A DNA stretch of 64,000 nucleotides, taken from Anaerohalosphaeraceae bacterium. GTDB taxonomy: Bacteria; Planctomycetota; Phycisphaerae; Sedimentisphaerales; Anaerohalosphaeraceae. A program made the translations under genes and the position numbers. Of the stretch, positions 58,298 to 64,000 are shown piece by piece. The notes beneath the pieces are model-generated. The model did not search any database. It was given only the letters and a program-made list of their open reading frames with translations, and was not told the DNA's origin. The stretch is taken from assembly GCA_050309605.1 (NCBI GenBank), contig JBNRMN010000068.1:1-64000 (forward strand), in the 5' to 3' direction. Positions within the stretch are counted from its first letter, which is position 1. The number at the start of each line of letters is the position of its first letter.

Positions 58298-58777
58298 TCA
58301 GGATCCTTTGCTAAGCTCGTTTTCAAGGTCGCTTTCAATATCAAACTCATCCGACGCCGAATCCAGAATCTCGGTCGTCTCGCTGTGGCTGGCGCCGGCG
58401 TCGTCGGATTCGCCAAAATCACCGGCGGAGGTCTTCTCCGCCGATTCGGCCGGGCCTTCGAGGTAGTTGTCAAACGATTCGGGCTTACCGTCGATTTGGA
58501 CGACAAATTTGACCGGCCCGATCTGCAGCAGGTCGCCGGCCTGGGCACGGGATTCATCGACTTTCTGGCCGTTCAGAAGGGTGCCGTTGCGGCTGTTCAG
58601 ATCGCGAACGAGCACCTGCCCGCGATCGATGTCAATCTCGCAGTGTTTTCGGGAGACCACGCCCAGAGGAAGGCAAAAATCACATTCCTGACGCCTGCCG
58701 ATGGAGGTAACCGTGCTGGGCAAGGGGAAACTTTTGGTCGTGCCGTCTTTCTTTAACAGAACCAGATTCACATTCAT
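58298..58777 (-). CDS. FHA-domain protein with an acidic tail
   Basis: IGR, VSRKH, DLNSRNGT..NG, GD...IG. Confidence 0.9.
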   Translation of the reverse strand: MNVNLVLLKKDGTTKSFPLPSTVTSIGRRQECDFCLPLGVVSRKHCEIDIDRGQVLVRDLNSRNGTLLNGQKVDESRAQAGDLLQIGPVKFVVQIDGKPESFDNYLEGPAESAEKTSAGDFGESDDAGASHSETTEILDSASDEFDIESDLENELSKGS

Positions 58778-59251
58778 CCGCAGTTCCTTTCAGAAAAAGG
58801 GGTTGGAAGACACTTTAATTGTAGGCGAATGTGTGGCCGAAAACAAGAGCAAAACCGGTATTTTTTTGTCTGGACAGCCCTATTTTTCGCCTTTTTATCC
58901 AGTTTTTTGAGCGGTTAACACGGCGCGATGTGCGGTTTCCATGCCGAAATTTCGGGCATTTTTTTCAAAACCATCGGAAAACCGCGGCGCAGCCGAATAA
59001 AAAAATAAATAAAAACAGATTTTTTTGTTTTTTGGCAATTCTTTAACTTCTTTTTTTACAATAAGATAGAACAAAGATATAAAAAATAGGGAGAATTACC
59101 CACTTGATTTTTTGAACCGAGATGCTAATATAGGACGTATAAAATGCTCAGAGTGTTTCTGACATTCGAACGTGAGGGGAGAAGCTGACCTGCCGGAAGG
59201 TTTCTCCACTATAAAAAGCCAATGGAGATATTTTGTTTAAGGAGTTGTATT

Positions 59252-60004
59252 ATGGAGACGAGAAAACTTTTGTTTACGTTAGGGCTTGTCGCCCTGTTTG
59301 TTGCGCCGGTAATGGCTGCGCCAACCAATGGTGCCGGGTATGATGGCGGAACGGCCAAAGTTACAAGACTCAGCGGGTATTATTCTGGTGACGGTGGTGA
59401 GTTTACGCTTTATGGACCCGATTTGCTCCTGTCCAATTCTGCCTACAGTAGCTTAACGAGTAATGTACACCATAATTATGCGGGTTCTTTCCAGACATTT
59501 TGCGTGGAAACATCGGAACACGTGCTACCTCCCAGCCAAGTGGGTGTCTGGGTGAGTACGCAATTTATAAAAGATGAAGACAAGGGTATTGCCGATGGAG
59601 ACCCCGGTTCTCACGCTTGGTATGGTGGAGTACCCAACGTTGGTAAAAATTTGGCGTCGGAGACAGCATGGCTTTATACCCAGTTTGCCAAGGGTACCTT
59701 GAGCGGTTACGATTATGATAATACCGCAGGTCGTGCAGCAAGTGCTGAAGCCCTTCAGCATGCGATCTGGTATTTTCAAGGACAATCGCATAATTATTCA
59801 ATTGGCGAGGATTTCATAGATTTGGCTAATGCAGCCTTAGCTGCGGGATGGACAGGCATAGGAAATGTCCGAATTTTGCAGTTATATGATGGCGATGGAT
59901 TTGTGCAAGACATGCTGTATCTTGTTCCGGCACCGGGTGCCATTCTTATGGCCGGTATTGGAACGACGTTGGTCGGTTGGCTCCGCCGTCGCAAAGCGGT
60001 GTAA
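59252..60004 (+). CDS. Secreted PEP-CTERM-type (VPAPG variant) surface protein
   Basis: Signal peptide; C-terminal VPAPGA, TM helix and RRRK; TAAGGAG SD. Confidence 0.88.
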   Translation: METRKLLFTLGLVALFVAPVMAAPTNGAGYDGGTAKVTRLSGYYSGDGGEFTLYGPDLLLSNSAYSSLTSNVHHNYAGSFQTFCVETSEHVLPPSQVGVWVSTQFIKDEDKGIADGDPGSHAWYGGVPNVGKNLASETAWLYTQFAKGTLSGYDYDNTAGRAASAEALQHAIWYFQGQSHNYSIGEDFIDLANAALAAGWTGIGNVRILQLYDGDGFVQDMLYLVPAPGAILMAGIGTTLVGWLRRRKAV

Positions 60005-60341
60005 CAGGCGTGGTGTAATTGCGTAGTAAATTGGTCGAAGTTAAGCATTTGACTTTAGAGGCTGCGGCGCAGAGTGTGCCGTGGCCTTTTTCTATATGTA
60101 TGTCATCCCGAATGAACGTGACAAATTCTCCTTGCCCTTCATGTTCTTCATGGTGAAAATCTTGTCATCCTTTCAAAATATCCTTGAGTGCCTCACCTCA
60201 ATCTGCGATAATAACGAGTGTGCTTTCGAATTATACTGTTACAAAGCGGTTAAAAATCAGTGTGAATCCGCGAAATCCGTGGTTTCTATTTTCTGAGATC
60301 TAACCTCTGTTCTCTGGCGCCGGCAGTAGTGAGCCGATACA

Positions 60342-60995
60342 ATGAATCTTCACCGTACCATTCTGTTGGGTCTGTTGGGTCTGGTCGTCGTTGCCGGGGC
60401 GGGAGCCTTTTACCACCGTCTGGCCGAAAAGTATGACAGACTCGCCTCCACCCCGCTGATGCCGTCTATACCACTGGAAAACTTCCCAATGATCTTGGGC
60501 CATTGGCAGGGCCAGGAGGTCCCCATCTCCGAAACCGTCCTCAAAGTCGCCGGCAATGACGACTATCTCAGCCGTTTTTACGCCCATCGCGATTTACGTC
60601 TCGCAGTCTCTTTTTATGTCGGTTATACTGCCGAACCCCGCCGAATGCTCGGCCATCGTCCCGAAGTCTGCTATGTCGGCAGCGGCTGGATCCACGGCGA
60701 AACGCGAAACGAAACCCTTCGTACCCAGGACGGAATCGACCTCGAGTGCCTGATCCACCGCTTTTATAAAACCGGCCTGGCCTATGAAGAAGTTTATGTC
60801 CTGAATTACTATGTCGTCAATGGCCAGTTGACCACCGATCACTCTATGTTTGACGGCCTGAGCTGGCGCCGCCCTAAACAAATAGAAGGCCGCCTGGCCT
60901 ACGTCGCCCAGGTACAGATCAGCGCTGCAAACGAGCAGGCCGTGCGGCTCTTTGGCTCACTGGCCGCCGACGAGCTGATGGACTATATGCCGTAA
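60342..60995 (+). CDS. EpsI-family exosortase-associated protein
   Basis: N-terminal TM, FP..LG.W.G, DDYL.R.Y, H.PEVCY.GSGW. Confidence 0.82.
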   Translation: MNLHRTILLGLLGLVVVAGAGAFYHRLAEKYDRLASTPLMPSIPLENFPMILGHWQGQEVPISETVLKVAGNDDYLSRFYAHRDLRLAVSFYVGYTAEPRRMLGHRPEVCYVGSGWIHGETRNETLRTQDGIDLECLIHRFYKTGLAYEEVYVLNYYVVNGQLTTDHSMFDGLSWRRPKQIEGRLAYVAQVQISAANEQAVRLFGSLAADELMDYMP

Positions 60996-61188
60996 GCCTT
61001 GCAATTCACACCTTAAATATACTAAATTTCCGCAGTTCAATCGCACAATCTTATCTTTGGGGCTAAAAACGCCGATAGTTTTCACCACATTTCTTTCAAA
61101 GACGGCCCTGCATGCGGCAGGTTTCTTGGCAGGTTTAGATTCGGAAATTATGCTTGACGCTGGATGAAGCTTGCAAAAAAACGTCTGC

Positions 61189-61217
61189 TTGCATTTTTCT
61201 GTTGTGGCGTATATACT
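61189..61217 (+). promoter_or_regulatory. Sigma70-like promoter of the pyr operon
   Basis: TTGCAT-N17-TATACT. Confidence 0.45.
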
Positions 61218-61290
61218 TCGACCTGTCATTTGATGAAACGAGAGACCGAAACGGCTTGCTAAAATAAAATTATAAATAGACCCAGAATTT

Positions 61291-61833
61291 ATGAAAACAC
61301 TACTTAATGCAGAGCAAATCCACGCCACCATAGAGAAATTGTTTAATAGCATTGCTGCTAACGTAAGCCCTGAATCCGATTTGGCGGTGATTGGCGTTCG
61401 CAGCCGCGGCGAAATATTGGCCAATCGGCTAACGAGAAAACTGGAAGAACGGCTCGGATACAAGATTCCCTGCGGCACGCTGGACATTACCTTATACAGG
61501 GATGATCTGCACGCCCCGCGGAGCGGTGCCCAGCCGACGGTGCGAACGACGGAAATCGAATTTGATGTGAATGACAAGTTTATTCTGCTGGTTGATGACG
61601 TGCTGCACACCGGTCGAAGTGTACGAGCGGCGATGGATGCGCTGACCGATCTGGGCCGGCCCCGTGCGGTGCGGCTGGCAGTGCTGGTTGATCGGGGCGA
61701 GCGGGAGTTGCCTATTCGTGCCGATTATGTCGGGCTTCGGGTTGAAGCCGACGCACACGAACTGGTCAAGGTACATCTGGTTGAGGAAGATGGTGTCGAT
61801 CAGGTAATTATTGAACACGCGGACGACGTATGA
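61291..61833 (+). CDS. pyrR: Bifunctional pyr regulator / uracil phosphoribosyltransferase PyrR
   Basis: LDITLYRDD, LVDDVL.TGRSVRAA.DAL, DRG.RELPI..DYVG. Confidence 0.95.
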   Translation: MKTLLNAEQIHATIEKLFNSIAANVSPESDLAVIGVRSRGEILANRLTRKLEERLGYKIPCGTLDITLYRDDLHAPRSGAQPTVRTTEIEFDVNDKFILLVDDVLHTGRSVRAAMDALTDLGRPRAVRLAVLVDRGERELPIRADYVGLRVEADAHELVKVHLVEEDGVDQVIIEHADDV

Positions 61834-62786
61834 AAAAAAACGCATTCCAATGGACACGCAAGCACTTGATCGGACTGAGGGACCTGAGCCGAGAGGAATT
61901 GGAATTTATTCTTGATACGGCCGAGGGGTTTGAAGAAATCAGCACACGTTCGATTAAGAAAGCGCCGCCGCTTCGGGGCAAGGTGGTGGTGAATATGTTT
62001 TTTGAGGACAGCACCCGCACGCGAAACAGTTTTACGCTTGCCGCCGGTCGGCTCAGTGCCGATGTGATTGAGTTTACCAAAAAGTCCAGCGCGGTCAACA
62101 AAGGGGAGACGCTGGTCGATACCGCCCGCAATCTGGAGGCGATGGGTGTGGATATTGTCGTGATTAGGCACAGTGCCGGCGGCGCTCCGGCATTGCTAAG
62201 CCGCAGCATCAATGCCTGTGTGGTCAACGCCGGCGACGGCTACCATGAACATCCCACCCAGGCGCTGCTGGATGTTTATACCATTCGCCAAGTGCGCGGC
62301 CGGCTGGATGGACTGAAGATCGGAATCGTCGGCGATATTGCCCATTCCCGCGTGGCGCGCAGCAACATTTACGCCATGACCAAACTCGGCGCCGAGGTCA
62401 CGCTGATCGGTCCGCCGACACTGATGCCGCCGCGGGTGCGCGATTTACCGGTTCGCGTGTCAAGCCGTCTTGACGATGTGATCGAAGAACTGGATGTCAT
62501 CAATATGCTGCGCATTCAGTTTGAGCGGATGGGCGGCAATCCCTTTCCTTCGGTGCGTGAGTATTCACACTTTTTCGCGCTGACTGTTGAGCGGATGAAA
62601 CGGGCCAAGCCCGATATCACTGTGATGCATCCGGGACCGATGAATCGCGGGGTTGAAATCGAGTCGGAAGTGGCCGACGGTCCCAACAGCGTCATTCTCA
62701 GACAGGTCGCCAACGGGCTGGCCATCCGTATGGCGGTGCTGTTTTTGGCCAATCAGGCTGCGCTGCAAACAGATGTGAGAAGTTAG
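61830..62786 (+). CDS. pyrB: Aspartate carbamoyltransferase catalytic subunit
   Basis: FFE.STRT, KGETL.DT, NAGDG..EHPTQALLD, GDI.HSRVARS, LRIQ.ER, MHPGP.NRG. Confidence 0.97.
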   Translation: MKKNAFQWTRKHLIGLRDLSREELEFILDTAEGFEEISTRSIKKAPPLRGKVVVNMFFEDSTRTRNSFTLAAGRLSADVIEFTKKSSAVNKGETLVDTARNLEAMGVDIVVIRHSAGGAPALLSRSINACVVNAGDGYHEHPTQALLDVYTIRQVRGRLDGLKIGIVGDIAHSRVARSNIYAMTKLGAEVTLIGPPTLMPPRVRDLPVRVSSRLDDVIEELDVINMLRIQFERMGGNPFPSVREYSHFFALTVERMKRAKPDITVMHPGPMNRGVEIESEVADGPNSVILRQVANGLAIRMAVLFLANQAALQTDVRS

Positions 62787-62902
62787 CGGCACAGGGTGCA
62801 GGCTCACGAAAGGATTTGTGAGATGTTAATCGTGTTCATTGAACGTGGTGAGCCAAACAGTTTAAGACAATAACTGTACTACTTTTACATTCGGCATTTG
62901 AT

Positions 62903-64000
62903 ATGGAAAAAATACTGATCACCGGCGGGCGGGTTATTGATCCGGCCAATCAGATGGACAAGCAGGCTGATGTGCTTCTGGCTGACGGCCAGGTGGCTCA
63001 GATCGGTCCCCGTCTGTCGGCTGCGGCGGATCGAACCTTTGACGCGACCGGCAAGATCGTCTGTCCCGGCCTGATTGACCTGCACGTGCATTTTCGCGAG
63101 CCGGGCGACGAGGAAGAAGAGACCATTGCGTCCGGTTCGGCCGCGGCGGTGGCAGGGGGGTTCACCTCGGTGGTGTGTATGCCCAACACGAATCCGCCGA
63201 TTGATGAGGCGACGGGTGTGGAATATGTCCACCGCATGGGACGACAGGCCCGCAAGACGTTTATTTATGTCATGGGGGCGCTGACCAAAGAGCGATCCGG
63301 TCAGGAACTTGCTGAAATTGGATTGATGCATCAGGCCGGGGCCATCGGCTTTACCGATGACGGCAGCGGCGTGCAGAACGCCGCCGTGATGCTGCGGGCG
63401 ATGAAGTACGCCTCCATGTTTGATACCGTGGTCGCTCAGCATTGCCAGGATAATGCGTTGGTTAAGAACGGCGTGATGAATGCCGGTTACAATTCAACGG
63501 TTTTGGGACTGCCGGGGATGGACCCGCTGGGCGAGGAACTGATGCTGTGGCGCGACGTGCAGTTGGTCAAAAAAACAGGCGTACACTATCACGCCCAGCA
63601 TATTTCAACCGCCGGCGCTGTTGAGATTATTCGTCAGGCCAAGCGAGACGGCCTGCCGGTGTCCTGTGAGGTGACGCCGCATCATTTGCTGTTGACCGAG
63701 GACTATGTTGTGGATTATGATACCTGTTACAAGGTCAATCCGCCGCTTCGGACCGCCGCCGATGTTCAGGCGCTCCAGGATGCCGTTCGTGAAGGGCTTG
63801 TCGATGCATTGGCGACCGACCACGCACCGCACCTGCAAAGTGAAAAAGAGCTGGAGTTTCTGGCTGCGCCGTTCGGCATTGCCAGCCTTGAGTGTGCCCT
63901 GCCGCTGTATGTCAAGGCGCTGATTGAGTCGGGCCTGACCGATTGGGCGGGGATGCTGTCGATGCTGACGTGGCGTCCGGCGCAGGTGATCGGCGTAGAT
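62903..64000 (+). CDS. pyrC: Dihydroorotase (partial, runs off the window end)
   Basis: Read from the DNA: MEKILITGGRVIDP, PGLIDLHVHFREPG, GGFT....MPNT.P, EVTPHH, KVNPPLR, ATDHAPH. Confidence 0.95.
   Translation, partial: MEKILITGGRVIDPANQMDKQADVLLADGQVAQIGPRLSAAADRTFDATGKIVCPGLIDLHVHFREPGDEEEETIASGSAAAVAGGFTSVVCMPNTNPPIDEATGVEYVHRMGRQARKTFIYVMGALTKERSGQELAEIGLMHQAGAIGFTDDGSGVQNAAVMLRAMKYASMFDTVVAQHCQDNALVKNGVMNAGYNSTVLGLPGMDPLGEELMLWRDVQLVKKTGVHYHAQHISTAGAVEIIRQAKRDGLPVSCEVTPHHLLLTEDYVVDYDTCYKVNPPLRTAADVQALQDAVREGLVDALATDHAPHLQSEKELEFLAAPFGIASLECALPLYVKALIESGLTDWAGMLSMLTWRPAQVIGVD

Noticed and set aside
61218..61290. PyrR-binding attenuator in the pyrR leader
   Set aside because: No ARUCCNGNGAGGYU-like loop or terminator hairpin was found in the short leader
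1..64000. CRISPR array, IS element, prophage or rRNA
   Set aside because: No regularly spaced repeats, transposase, integrase, phage structural genes or rRNA signatures were seen

Overview
This is a mostly housekeeping chromosomal window from a moderately GC-rich diderm bacterium. It is inferred to be Planctomycetota, class Phycisphaerae, from the groEL-groES-groEL-dnaJ-grpE order, a VPAPG-type PEP-CTERM protein, zinc-ribbon membrane proteins, csrA and an isolated ftsW-murG pair. Recognisable genes include the chaperone operon, a Tat-type Fe-SOD, hisHF, a CCA-adding enzyme, tRNA-Pro(UGG), gltX, aspS, a PilT-family ATPase, kdsB, pyrG, ftsW-murG-tadA, a CapD-like dehydratase, dnaG-rpoD, lpxD-lpxI, rlmN and pyrR-pyrB-pyrC (pyrC is cut by the window edge). 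No integrase, transposase, CRISPR array or rRNA was seen. Six observations stand out: (1) an XRE-like helix-turn-helix inserted in GluRS just after the KLSKR motif; (2) an ABC-type ATPase plus TOPRIM-like gene pair, a candidate PARIS-like defence module, inserted between kdsB and pyrG; (3) about 500 nt of apparently non-coding, hairpin-dense sequence behind a sigma70-like promoter and ahead of a small ORF and an rnk-like gene; (4) an RNase HI-PurN fusion; (5) a terminator-containing leader upstream of dnaG-rpoD; (6) a recurring 25-bp palindromic intergenic motif, one copy of which lies beside a sigma54-like promoter of the groEL operon. All calls come from reading motifs by eye; no searches or folding computations were run.
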